Positions 10,794-21,484 of a stretch of 38,071 nt of DNA are shown in pieces. How positions within the stretch are numbered: position 1 is the first letter of the stretch; each line of letters begins with the position of its first letter. The stretch lies in NCBI GenBank assembly GCA_001662655.1, contig KV460240.1; one strand, written 5' to 3'. The DNA is from Pseudogymnoascus verrucosus (Eukaryota). The position numbers and the translations under genes are program-made. A model generated the notes under the pieces. The model was not told the origin of the DNA, did not search any database, and saw only the letters and a program-made list of their open reading frames with translations.

Positions 10794-13077
10794 ATGTCGT
10801 CGTCCAACCGTGACCCGAAGAGGAAGAACGACGACCGGGACGAGAAGCCCATTTCTCCACCCCCTGTCAAACGAAAGGTTCAGTCTACAACTACAAGTAA
10901 GTCCGGCTCCAAGAAGTGGTAATGGAATTTTGATCCTAACGTCAAAATAGAAGATGCCGTCTCCTCGTTCTTCAAACCAACCTCCCAGAAGCCACCGGAG
11001 CCTCTTACCTGGTCGGAAAGAGCTGTGAACGAAGACACTAAAACTTCCCTCATCGTCGGCAAATATGTTCCCCAAGGCACATCCACCGCGCCAAGTGATG
11101 CCGCCCCTGCCGCTCCAAAGAAGACAAGGATTGCTGCCTTTGATTTAGTAGGTCCCCTTGTCACGAGTTACTGAAGCCCCCTACTAACATCACCAGGACT
11201 GGACCCTCGTCAAGTCCGCCTCGGGCAAGAGGTTCGTCTACGACGCCGGAGACTGGAAGTGGTGGCATCCCAACGTGCCCGTGATGCTGAAAAAGCTGCA
11301 CCAGGAACAAGAGTAACCTTCACCCCCTCCAAGCCAACCCCTGACACCACAGTAACTAACTAGTACTAGATTCAACATCGTAATCATCAGCAACCAGGGC
11401 GCCATCCAATTACATCCCGATCGCAAGGCCCCAAGCGCACTTAGGGGTCGTCTGGACTCCTGGAAAGAGAAGATTGCGTCGATTCTGCGACAATTGGATA
11501 TCCCAGTCACGTTGTATGCCGCTACGCAGTTTGATAACTATAGGAAGCCGCGGACGGGGATGTGGGATGAGATACTGAAGGACCTCGATCTCACACCCGA
11601 AACCGTCCACATGGGAGAATCCTTTGTAGTAGGCGACGCCGCAGGCCGTATCGCCGTGCCTGGGATTGATAAGGACTTTTCTGCTTCTGACCGGCAAGCC
11701 CCCTCCCCCTTACCCCCATTTCATACATCCAATAAAGTACTCTCAGCTAACACCACCCTAGCGGCTTCGCCGATAACATAGGAATCCTATTCCTCACCCC
11801 CGAAGAGTACTTCCTAGACGAGGCACCACGGGAATACATCCGCTCCTTCGAGCCAGGAGACTACGTCAACACAGCCTCTGTCAATGATACCGCCGGTTCG
11901 TGGTCCACTGGAGCCTGGAATTCGAGAGCGCCGTTCTAATATGGAGTTGTAGAGGACCCCCCCTTCGTGCCGTCGAGCGAGCAAGAGATTGTATGTCCGC
12001 GCCTGTCCTGATCCTGTCCTGATCCTGCCCTGCCCAACCTGCCGTTTCAATCCATCCAGTCCATCCCGCCCTTTCATTCCATCCTGTCCTTCCAGACCAC
12101 CCCGTCCCTCCAGTCCACCCCGTCCCTCCAGGCCTAACCCCCCTCACAGATCCTCTTCGTCGGCTCCCCCGCCTCCGGCAAATCAACCTTCTACCACCAG
12201 CACTTCCAGCACCTCAGCCCGAGCTACATCCGCATCAACCAAGACCTTCTCAAGACGCGGGATAAATGCCTCAAAGTCGCGCGAACCCATCTCGAAGAGG
12301 GAGTCTCCGTGGTCATCGACAACACCAACGCCGACGAGGCGACGAGGAAACATTGGGTTGAGCTGGCGAGGGAGAGGGGGGTGGGGATTAGGTGTGTGGT
12401 TTTTGAGACGGGGGGAGGGGTTTGTAGACATAATGATGTTGTTAGGGCGTTGAATAGGGAGGTGAGTTTGTTTGAATTTTCTAGCCGTTTGTGTTATCTA
12501 CCCCTCGGCTCATACCTAGGTGGTTTTTTGGGGGGGGGGGGGAAGGGGTTAATACCACGGCAAATAGCTGGAACAAAACTGACGATATTTGCCCCAGATG
12601 AATCCAGAGAAACGCACCATCCTCCCGAATATCGCGTTTACGTCCTTCAACTCCAGATACAGCCCTCCGACGCTGAAGGAGGGGTTCAAGGAGATTACGG
12701 AGGTGAAATTTAAGGTACGTTTTTTTAACCCCCCCCTTTTTACCCCCCCCCCCCTTTTACCCTTCCTCTTCCTCCATCGTCCCATTCTCCCCCTTTTCCC
12801 TCTAATTCTCCCAACTTTCTTTCCCCCCTACCCCTTTCCGCTTACGTTCCCCTTGTCCCCAACCTCCTTCCTCCTTCCACCATTCCCTTCCACCACCCCC
12901 CTTCCCCCCGTCCCCTAGCCGCTTCCCAGAAAGCAGGAAGAGGGACGGGACAGGTTGTCCATGACATAACGCATTATCATAACAATAACAAACCATGACC
13001 GAGTACGCGCTGACACCCCCCCCCAGTTCCGCGGCACAGACGAGGAAAAAAAGATCTGGACGCGGTATTGGACGTAG
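10794..13077 (+). CDS. PNK1: Bifunctional polynucleotide kinase 3'-phosphatase (DNA repair)
   Basis: Nine exons, all phases checked: 10794-10896, 10951-11147, 11197-11312, 11370-11693, 11762-11895, 11953-11990, 12150-12461, 12598-12714, 13027-13077. HAD motifs AAFDLDWTL, ISNQG, RKPRTGMW, VGDAAGR and SDRGFADNIG..TPEEYFL. Kinase P-loop GSPASGKST, plus NQDLL and VIDNTN. Confidence 0.93.
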
Positions 13078-13350
13078 CACTCATCGTACTTGATTGATTG
13101 GCGCGGAGGGGAGGAAGACGAAAATCGCGCAAGTTCTTGGTGGATGGATGGTACGAAAAGGGGGTTACGTAGGTGGCATTCAATATTTTCCAAGGCGCGT
13201 TCCTGGTTTGGCTTGACACGGGAAAAGGGGAGGGGGGGGGGGGGGTAGGATGAGAAGGTAACATATCTCCGCGGATTTCATTTTAGATTTGTTTCCTCAG
13301 CAGCAGGAGTGGTGGTGTGTGATAGATAGATAGATTTCCCAAGACCACCT

Positions 13351-13494
13351 CAACGCGTATCGGCAACCCCTATATTTGTCAATAATCAACGCGTATCTTT
13401 CAACCCCTCCCTATACTTGTCAATAATCAACGCGTATCCCCAACCCCTCTACCCCCCATTAGCAACGCGTATATCCAACATCGACGCGTATATC
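13351..13494. repeat. Degenerate minisatellite (~35-41 bp unit) carrying five ACGCGT sites
   Basis: Recurrent CAACGCGTAT...CAACCCCT...TTGTCAATAAT. ACGCGT at 13353, 13389, 13430, 13465 and 13484. Confidence 0.85.
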
Positions 13495-14028
13495 TTCATC
13501 TTTGATCTCTCAATGACATCCTCCTGACCTCCTCGTCGCCCCATCAACCACCAACCCCGCCCCCTCCTTCCGTTCCCGTCGATTTCGCAAACACGACTCA
13601 GAATCACCAACCCCCCCTCCAAGAATCCCATCCAACTTTCCCATCCTCTCCCATCCTCTCCCCGCCCCTAGAACAACTTTCCCATACTGCCCCTCCCAGC
13701 CTCCCCGCTGTCTACGTCAGGTGTGTTCACTTCCCCCCCTTCTCATCCCACTTGTCAGGCCATTTATGCTGGCCCGAGGAGGATGGGAGGCGGAATATTG
13801 GTTTTTAGGTTTAAGATGCCCAGTTTATAGACGTTGACGTCAGACATAGAGATTCACTTCACTCAGCTTGCTCGGTTTAGACAGGTGTCAGTCAGCCAGT
13901 CAGATCGGTAAGTTGGCAGGTAGTCAAGCCAGCCAACCTTATCACCCACCCACCATCCACACCCACGCGTGCCTTGGACACAGTTCTGGCGTGGTTGGCG
14001 TGGTTGGCGTGGTGTGGTCCGTACCTGT

Positions 14029-14091
14029 AAGGTGTGAAAAAGGTGTGGCATCCATGATAAAAAGGTGTGGTAACTACGATTAAAGGTGTGG
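14029..14091 (+). promoter_or_regulatory. Cluster of four AAGGTGTG(G) motifs
   Basis: Copies start at 14029, 14040, 14062 and 14083, with further copies at 14778, 16475 and 16532. The binding factor is unknown. Confidence 0.5.
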
Positions 14092-17000
14092 TTACGTAGT
14101 GGCGGGTGAGTGCAGGTACGCGAGACATTTGTGGGATGTAACACATACACACACACACACAGATACGGATTGGTTTGCTGCTAAGCTTACGTTACTTTTT
14201 TACCTTGCTTTGGGTTGAGTTGAGTTGCTTTGGGTTGCTTACTTTTGAGTTACTGGATTGGATTGGATTGGATGGTTGGTGGTGATGGTGGTGTTGCACG
14301 GAGCTCTTCTGTACGTAGTTCAGCTTACGAACTTTACCTTTACTAGAAGTTAGAAGTTGGAAAGTATCACCACACTCGTAGCACCACCACCACACACCAC
14401 ACACCACACACCACATCCCGTCACACCCTCCCGTCCGTCCCCCTCACCCGCGTCCCTCACCCGTCTCCCTAACCCGTTCCCTCTCTGACGTATGCCTACC
14501 TAAACTCGGATCGGAACCTCCCTCCTCCCCGAACTCCGCCCGTTCGTGAAAACGTGAACCTCACGCACACCCACCACATCCATCCAGTGGAGAGAACCGC
14601 ACAAAAGGGCAATCGCGCACATGTGCCAGTAGACGATCTCTCTACTGGTGGGGTATGGGCCGCCCGGGGATCGAGTTCACGCAGGCACGCACACACGCAC
14701 GCAGCACGCACTGACTGAGAACTACAGAGGTGCGCTGGCGTTCGTGCGGATGGCGGAAGGTGGGTGGTGGGTGGTAGAAGGTGTGGCGCGATGGGAGTGG
14801 CTGGTTTATCTACCTATCTGTCTAACTTTTGGTGGCTTTGGTGGTGGCTTCGCTGGCTGTCTTGGTTGATGGCTTGCTGGTGGGTTTGATTGTAGGGTGG
14901 GTTAACTGTAGGGCAAGAGACAGGGCTTGGCTTGGCTGCCAGCGAAGTGTGAGTGTTTTTTTTTTTCACTCTTTTTCTCATCTGTAGTGGGAGTGTGAGG
15001 CCGACAACGGGGGAGGTGGGATAGATGGGGGGGAAGGTGGGGGGTTAGTTGGAGTTTGTGGTCCTCTTGTGATGTGAGTAGAAGAGAGAGAGAGGGAGGA
15101 GTTTTCGTGGTGGAGATACAGATAGAACCCCCAGTGGAGAAGGATGGAGATGGATGGAGAAGGGTGAGAGTCTGGACTTCATACTGGAGCATCCTCGTGG
15201 CGAGTGTGGTGGGTGTAGTAACTCCAGCCAGCTCCAACTCCAACCCCAACTCCAAATCCAGCACAGTGCAGCACTCTACAAAGTGTGATCTGCCCGTTGA
15301 GCTCCAGCTCCAGCTCCAGCTCGAGCTCAACAATCCCTTCCCCCCCCTCCTCCCCCTCCTCTCCTGCATCTGTTGGATTCCATACATACATACATCCATG
15401 CCGCCGTCTCTAAAGAAAGAAACACGCCGACCGCCGACCGACCAGTCTAGCCAGTCGCGCATTATAACCCCCCCTCGCGCGCATTTCCCAATCCGGCATC
15501 CTATTGCATCGTAGAGTAATATACGTAAACCTGTTGTGAGAACAGGACATGGATTAACGTCCTTCCCTTCCCTCCCCTTCCCTCGTCCCGCCCTACACAG
15601 TCAGACAGTCAGACAGTCAGACCGACCGACCGATCAAATCAGAGCAGACGCCGAGCCGTGCCGTGGTACCTGGGCGAGGTGAGGTGAGGGTGATAGACAT
15701 GACAAAAGGATGGCTGGCAGGTGTCTTTCATGTCCGTGTGTACATAACATATCCTGCGCATATACAGCTGTCTTTGAAGTACCACTCCCTACATGCAGAG
15801 GTACACCACTCGCTGTACGTACAGTATGGTAAGCAGAGTCCTGTAGGTGCCGGTGCTGTCCTGTTGTGCTCCTGTCCCACAACAGGGCAAGCTTACCCGA
15901 AATCCCACACGATAGGCCGGATCGGCGGCGGAGGGGGGAGGGTATGTGCATTGCATCGATTGCATGTATGTATGGATGGATGTTCATCGTCTATCATCCG
16001 TGCCGTGCGTTGTGTGCGTGCGTGCGTGCGTGCGTCTTTGTTCTGTTGCCTGCTGGTCGGTCGGTCGGTGCTCTGTTCTGTTCGGCTCTTACCGTTTGTG
16101 GAAAGAAGTACATTTAGGGCTGTGGTGAAAAATGCACAGGGAAGAGAAAAAGGTGGTTGCTGACAAGGATGGGGGGAACTGGGGGAGCAGCCGGGGGCCC
16201 GGGGGGGAAGGAACAGGACAACAAAGCGAGGATGACAACAACAAACAGACAAACAGACAACAACAACAAAGAAAAGCACACAGGGGGGGATGATTGGTGG
16301 ATCAGGGACGGAGCCAACCATGACCATTCCCCGGGCCCCACCCACCCTAGCCTTCTGGACCGCGGTCCTGGGATTTCAGGAACGAAGGTCTTTGCTAGGA
16401 ACGGGGAAAACGGGCTTATAGGGCGGAGGTACTTGGAAGAAGTACATACACCACACCCACCACACTGTAAAAAAAAGGTGTGTAGCCGGACCGTTAGGCG
16501 TGTGTTTATTCCACTAGCCTGCGGAAAAAAAAAGGTGTGGCAGACTAGACACACCCTTCTACGGTCTTCTGGACGGTGGGACTAAGGGGGGTGGACCAGT
16601 AAGATCAACAGTTTTGATGATTAGTGCAGTGCTAGTGGGAGCTAATGGGGGCTAGAAGATTTAGGCCGGGGCTAAAAAAAGGTAGAGGGCGTGTGGGACG
16701 GTCGTCATCGGAGGGGAAGGGAAGTTGCCGGTTGGTTGGGTGGGTTAGTAGTGTCGGGCGTACTGTAGTTGCTTAGTGGGCTTGGGGGCGAGGGGAACCG
16801 GGGAGGGGGTGCCGGGGTCCGTCTGGGATAACGGCGGCCGTCTGTGTGAGGAGGGGATGGGGAGGGGGGATAAAGAAAGAGGGAGAGTCAGATAGGAAGG
16901 AGTAAGTTGACGGGTGGTGTGATTATTGTGCGATTGTATGGTACCGAGATGGGATGGGAGGGAAGGGCTTTGCTTCCGTAGTGTACCGTTGGGAGAGAAG

Positions 17001-18568
17001 AGGGGAGCAGATGCCGCGGTGGAATGTGATTGTGAATGTGATTGTGGTAGTTGCGTGGTTGTGATTGTAATGGTGGTAGTAATCGAGGATGTCCGGGGAG
17101 GATGGATGGATGTATATCCACGTCGACTGTTCTATATGTGAGGTGAGGAGGCATGTGCATTTTGTATGCATGTACACTTCTAACATGTACGTGCACACCA
17201 GAGCTTACATATCGTCAAGCACTTCATCCGTCTGTGCTGTGCTGTTGAGCTCCTTCATGCAAGAACGCGTAGGGCGTTGGCCATGCCGCGGATGTAGGGT
17301 GTAGGTGTTGTTGGTGCAGCCAGGTGTGCAGGAATGTTTACTGTACACAAAGAAAGTAGTAAAAAAAAAGGTACATACAGTACACATCGCAACTTCTAAT
17401 ACCTCCATCCTTCGCGTCGGCTTGCCACGTTGTTTGGTCGGGTACTATTCTCGCTCGCATTGTGGGGGCTAAACTGTTTTGGGTGTGGGTGTTGGGTGTA
17501 GTAGTCCGGCTTATGAAAACACCCAACCACACAGCCAGACCGGAGAGAGACCGTTGATCCCTCCGCTATCCCTCCACCCACCTAACCGGAATAATAGCCG
17601 GGGGGGTGACCTGTTTTGTATCCTTTGTTGTAGTGGTATGTACTCTACATCTACCACCACCAAATCGAGTTGAGTAAGAAACTGGGCTGTGGGAAGTACT
17701 TTGGATTTAGCCCTGGTTGTACACCCAAAGACAAGTATCTTTTTCTACTGGTGTAAGCGGTACGGATGCGATGGATGTATGTACCATGCATCATTCCACT
17801 TATAGTAAAAAAAACTTGCAACCACACCAATTCGTGACAGGCCGCTAGAGCCTTTCTTGGTCTCGGTCTTTGTCAGTCACAACCAGGCAGCACCAGCCAC
17901 CACCACTAACAACACGGCGGCGAATGGATCGCGCTCTCGTTCTCGCTCTCGCTCTTTCTTTGTGATCTTTCTCGCCCTCCCATTTACCCTTTTAGACTGT
18001 GTTCGTGTTCCACTGTTGTCCACTGCTGTCCACTGTGTTCGCTGTCCACTCTTTATTCCACTATTTGCACACACACACAGTCACTGCTCCCATCGCCCCT
18101 CCTCCCCATCCCCATCCCCTCCATCCCCCTCCCCCCCCCCCAGGATCAGACGATGATAAACAACCCCACGAGCCAAAAGGGTTGTTAAGCGACAAGACAC
18201 TCCTCACTCACCCACTCACTCACTCACTCACTCAGAGAGAGAGGCGCATTCCCCAATCGACTCACCCACCCATCCCATTATCACTTCCCACCACCCGCCA
18301 CCCAACTACCTCGGACCTCCCCCTCCTTCCTCTTACATACATACATCTTATCCCATCCCATCCTCACCTATCCGACCTTCCTTCCTTTTCAAACCTCAAA
18401 TACTCGCCAACTCGCCAACTCATCACACACACCGCGCCAATCCCCCCCGCCAATCGAGACCTACCTGCCTCCGAGAAACCGCATGAGCAGGAGACACCAA
18501 AGAGAAAAGCAAAAAAAAGCAAAATAAAAGTAAGTCTTAAAACCCAAGCAGTAGTCACTTGACTAGCC

Positions 18569-18811
18569 ATGTCGGCGATTTCTGCAACCCAAGAGTCATG
18601 CCCATTCGCTCCCCGCGCATCAGGTCAGCCAACAGCCTCTAACATCATTGGTGCGCAGAACTGCGGCCCTCCGTCGAGATTCGTTGGCCATCAGGCGCAA
18701 AGGCGACAGGCGACAAACTTCCCATCACACCGCAGCCGACGAATACCACTGAAGTCCTACGAACAAACGATCAAAGACACACGCCTCCTGCGCAACGTGG
18801 ACAGCTCGTGA
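18569..18811 (+). other. Candidate 80-codon upstream ORF / small ORF in the leader of the Pro/Ser-rich gene
   Basis: ATG in a good context (GCCATGT) starts a normal-complexity peptide, MSAISATQESCPFAPRASGQP...LLRNVDSS, embedded in otherwise low-complexity DNA. No homology can be verified here. Confidence 0.4.
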
Positions 18812-18891
18812 ACGACCCCCCAGGGAAAATATTCGACAACAACCACACCACAGACCGACGAAACCACCACCCCCCCCCGTCACGCGCACAT

Positions 18892-19050
18892 ATGGAAGGC
18901 TCGGAGTACATCTACAGTACCACAGTCCACCGTCTTCGAGGAGAATCAGAATCAGATTCAGATCTATCATCACACACCCATCTCACGATCAACGCACTCA
19001 ATTGCAAAGAACTACACCGCGGCAACAACGACGCCGTCTTCCGATGCTGA
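18892..19050 (+). other. Out-of-frame uORF (52 aa) overlapping the main start codon at 19044
   Basis: ATG 18892 encodes MEGSEYIYST...NNDAVFRC, ending in TGA at 19048-19050 within CCGATGCTGA. It is the only ATG between 18659 and 19043. Confidence 0.5.
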
Positions 19051-20747
19051 AACCTTTATTATTACCGCAGCTGGTGGAGGAGCGCAGGAAGCGCGAGACT
19101 CTGGTCGACGAGGAGCTTAACGTCTCACAGAGCTCTGATATCCACGAGCCGAGCACTCCCACGGATTGCCCCTCCTCCTCGCCCACCACGCCGACACTAT
19201 CGAAGCGCGGCCATGTCAGATATGGCAGCTCCGTCTCGTCCCTCGACAACTCAATACACTCGCCACTCACGGAGATCCCGTCGTCGCCATCGTTCACGGC
19301 GATGAAGACGAGCAAGCGCTCGTTGCCAGACGTGCAGGAGGATCCGCTCGAGCGCGACGAGGATCTCGACATGTTTGACGACGACCTCCACGATGTCTAT
19401 GACTGGTCTTGTAAGTCCTACTACCCGTGCAAACACCTACCCCAACTAACACCCCCAGGCGACGACAACCACCATCGCCACCTTGAGAGCTCCATGGGCC
19501 GCTCATCCGTGCAGCTGTCGACCCGGCCAGACTTTGAGTACGACCTCGCCGATGGCATCACCAGCGACACCGACCTAGGCCTGAGCATCACCAAGAAGCG
19601 CCGCGCCGGCGACTCCCCCTTCAGCGCGATCGCCAACCGCTTCGGCACTCGCTTCCCAGGCCTCACGCGCAAATGGCGCGCCAGCAAGAGCTCAAACCCT
19701 CTATCGCTTTCTGACATCGACCGCGACCTCCGCGCCTCGCGCACCGCATCAAGCCGGTCCTCATCGGTCTCAAACTCGGTCAGCCACAGCCACGGCCTAG
19801 CTCTCTCCTTTGGCGACGTCCAGATGCCTCCCACGCCTGCCATGAGCGAGTTTGACCGCCACGACTCGCCGTACCGTGACTCCATCGGGGATTCTGAGGA
19901 GTTTGAGCGGGCTCACCGGGAGGACTCTGAGAGGCCTGCGGGATTCGTTTCGACGCCTCTACTACCGCCGATGATGATGGGAAGCAACTCCATCACCGAC
20001 GCGGACGTCCCCATTCAGTCCCCGCTCGAATCACCCTCCGTCGCTGACCCGGCTGAATACCTCAGCGGCGCCTGCACTCCCGCTACCGGCATCGCCACGC
20101 CCGCGCGCGGTATGCCTTCTCCCCCTTTGTCCACCAAACCATCGATGTCGTCTATCAGACCCACCCACACCATCGCCCCCGTGCACCTCACCTCGTCCTC
20201 CTCCGACGCCCTCCCCCTCGTCATCGCAGACATAGACGACAAATGGTCCAACACCCTCGGCCACGCCAACTTCACCATCCACCCTCCCCCCTACCTCCCC
20301 CTCACACCCGACCTCGAAGCCTGCCGCCAGCTAAAGCGCGACTGGGACCTCGCCCGCTGCAACTACACCAAGCACCTCGTTCGCACGGGCGAGCACTACG
20401 GCGCCACTTCCAAGACCTACCTCCTCACCGAAGAAAAATGGAAGGAGACCGATGATCTGTGGCGCGCTAATAATGATGCGACGATCGCGGCGACGGCGGC
20501 GAGCGGGGAAGACGCGTTTAGGAGTCTTAAGCATAATAGGGTGGGCGAGGCGGATAGTAATGTGATGACGAAGATTCCGAGCTTGAATGATCCGAGGTGT
20601 GAGGGGAAGTTTCCGCAGTTGGGGGATGAGGATATTGTTGGGCCGATGGTGCAGGGGGTGGCGAGGATGCAGAGGAGGAGGAGTAGGAAGGAGGTGTTGA
20701 GGAGGTTTTTTGTGGAGAAGTTTCCGGTGGGGTTTGGGAGGGGGTGA
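19044..20747 (+). CDS. Conserved fungal Pro/Ser-rich protein of unknown function (resembles the family annotated 'only proline and serine are matching')
   Basis: Exons 19044-19410 and 19459-20747 (48-nt intron GTAAGT...CTAAC...CAG). Starts MLKPLLLPQLVEERRK, has a Ser/Pro-rich middle, and ends in an ordered C-terminal block, WSNTLGHANFTIHPPPYLP...DWDLARCNYTKHLVRTGEHYG...GKFPQLGDEDIVGPM. The family name is from recall, not a search. Confidence 0.8.
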   Translation: MLKPLLLPQLVEERRKRETLVDEELNVSQSSDIHEPSTPTDCPSSSPTTPTLSKRGHVRYGSSVSSLDNSIHSPLTEIPSSPSFTAMKTSKRSLPDVQEDPLERDEDLDMFDDDLHDVYDWSCKSYYPCKHLPQLTPPGDDNHHRHLESSMGRSSVQLSTRPDFEYDLADGITSDTDLGLSITKKRRAGDSPFSAIANRFGTRFPGLTRKWRASKSSNPLSLSDIDRDLRASRTASSRSSSVSNSVSHSHGLALSFGDVQMPPTPAMSEFDRHDSPYRDSIGDSEEFERAHREDSERPAGFVSTPLLPPMMMGSNSITDADVPIQSPLESPSVADPAEYLSGACTPATGIATPARGMPSPPLSTKPSMSSIRPTHTIAPVHLTSSSSDALPLVIADIDDKWSNTLGHANFTIHPPPYLPLTPDLEACRQLKRDWDLARCNYTKHLVRTGEHYGATSKTYLLTEEKWKETDDLWRANNDATIAATAASGEDAFRSLKHNRVGEADSNVMTKIPSLNDPRCEGKFPQLGDEDIVGPMVQGVARMQRRRSRKEVLRRFFVEKFPVGFGRG

Positions 20748-21458
20748 GAGGCATTGCTCGATGCTGTCTAATTCTCTAATTCTCTAATTACGAGCTGAGA
20801 GAGATGGAGACGAGAAAAGGAAAGGAGAAGGAGAGGAAGAGGAGGAAACACACACGCACGACGCGACCTTACACCTTAACTTTTAATGATACCAACGACA
20901 CGGCCGACAGACATATACAACAACAACAACAACAACACTCGCTTTTTTTATTTTACAACACACTTACGTTCGTTTTCGATACCCACCACATTCATTTTTT
21001 ACACACAGTCACGACGATACCCCGCCTCATACACATAGGCACCCACACGGCGGTAGCAAATCAGCGCTACGACGAGCTTCTACAGCAAGACAGACAGCAG
21101 TTTTTGGATTTTTGGCTTTTTTCTTTTGTTTTGGGAATATAGATAGACGGATCTTTTTGGGAAAATGTCCTAGGGATATGGCGCAGGATAAGAAGGAATG
21201 GGAACGGAAGGGTTTTAGATGGGGTTTAGATGGATTTTTGTACATAGACGGATCGGAAAAGGGAGTTCTGAGGTTGAAGCACGGGGAGGGCTTTTGGCGG
21301 CTGGTATCCCACCCCGCCAAAGGGGTGGGGGAGAGCGCAGTCAGATTTTTTGGTGTTTGTTGCGCTGTTGGATGGGGGAGTAGTGGTTTTTATTGTATAA
21401 TGGCTGGCTCTGGGGGTGGAGGGAGGGAGCTGGTAGGGGGGTGGTTGTACAGTGTAAA

Positions 21459-21484
21459 CAGACAGACAGACAGACAGACAGACA
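21459..21484. repeat. (GACA)n microsatellite
   Basis: About six tandem GACA units. Confidence 0.85.

Noticed and set aside
12715..13026. Stwintron (nested intron) in the 312-nt PNK1 intron
   Set aside because: Internal AG sites exist, but no internal donor that rebuilds a split splice signal. The length is explained by C-rich expansion.
13351..13494. CRISPR-like repeat-spacer appearance
   Set aside because: Eukaryotic context, 'spacers' are related to each other, unit lengths are irregular and there are no cas genes. It is a minisatellite.
13449..18562. Dozens of 60-187-aa ORFs in the long intergenic tract
   Set aside because: Translations are microsatellite-derived and low in complexity, many with GTG/TTG starts; no domain or consistent exon structure.
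18530..18658. TPP riboswitch in the leader intron
   Set aside because: No conserved aptamer cores (CTGAGA, GATxxxGxTAATxCxxGCG) found, and the gene is not thiamine-related.
18569..20747. Ornithine decarboxylase antizyme (short ORF1 plus +1 frame ORF2)
   Set aside because: The downstream protein has no antizyme domain that I can recognise and has its own AUG; only the frame geometry is similar.
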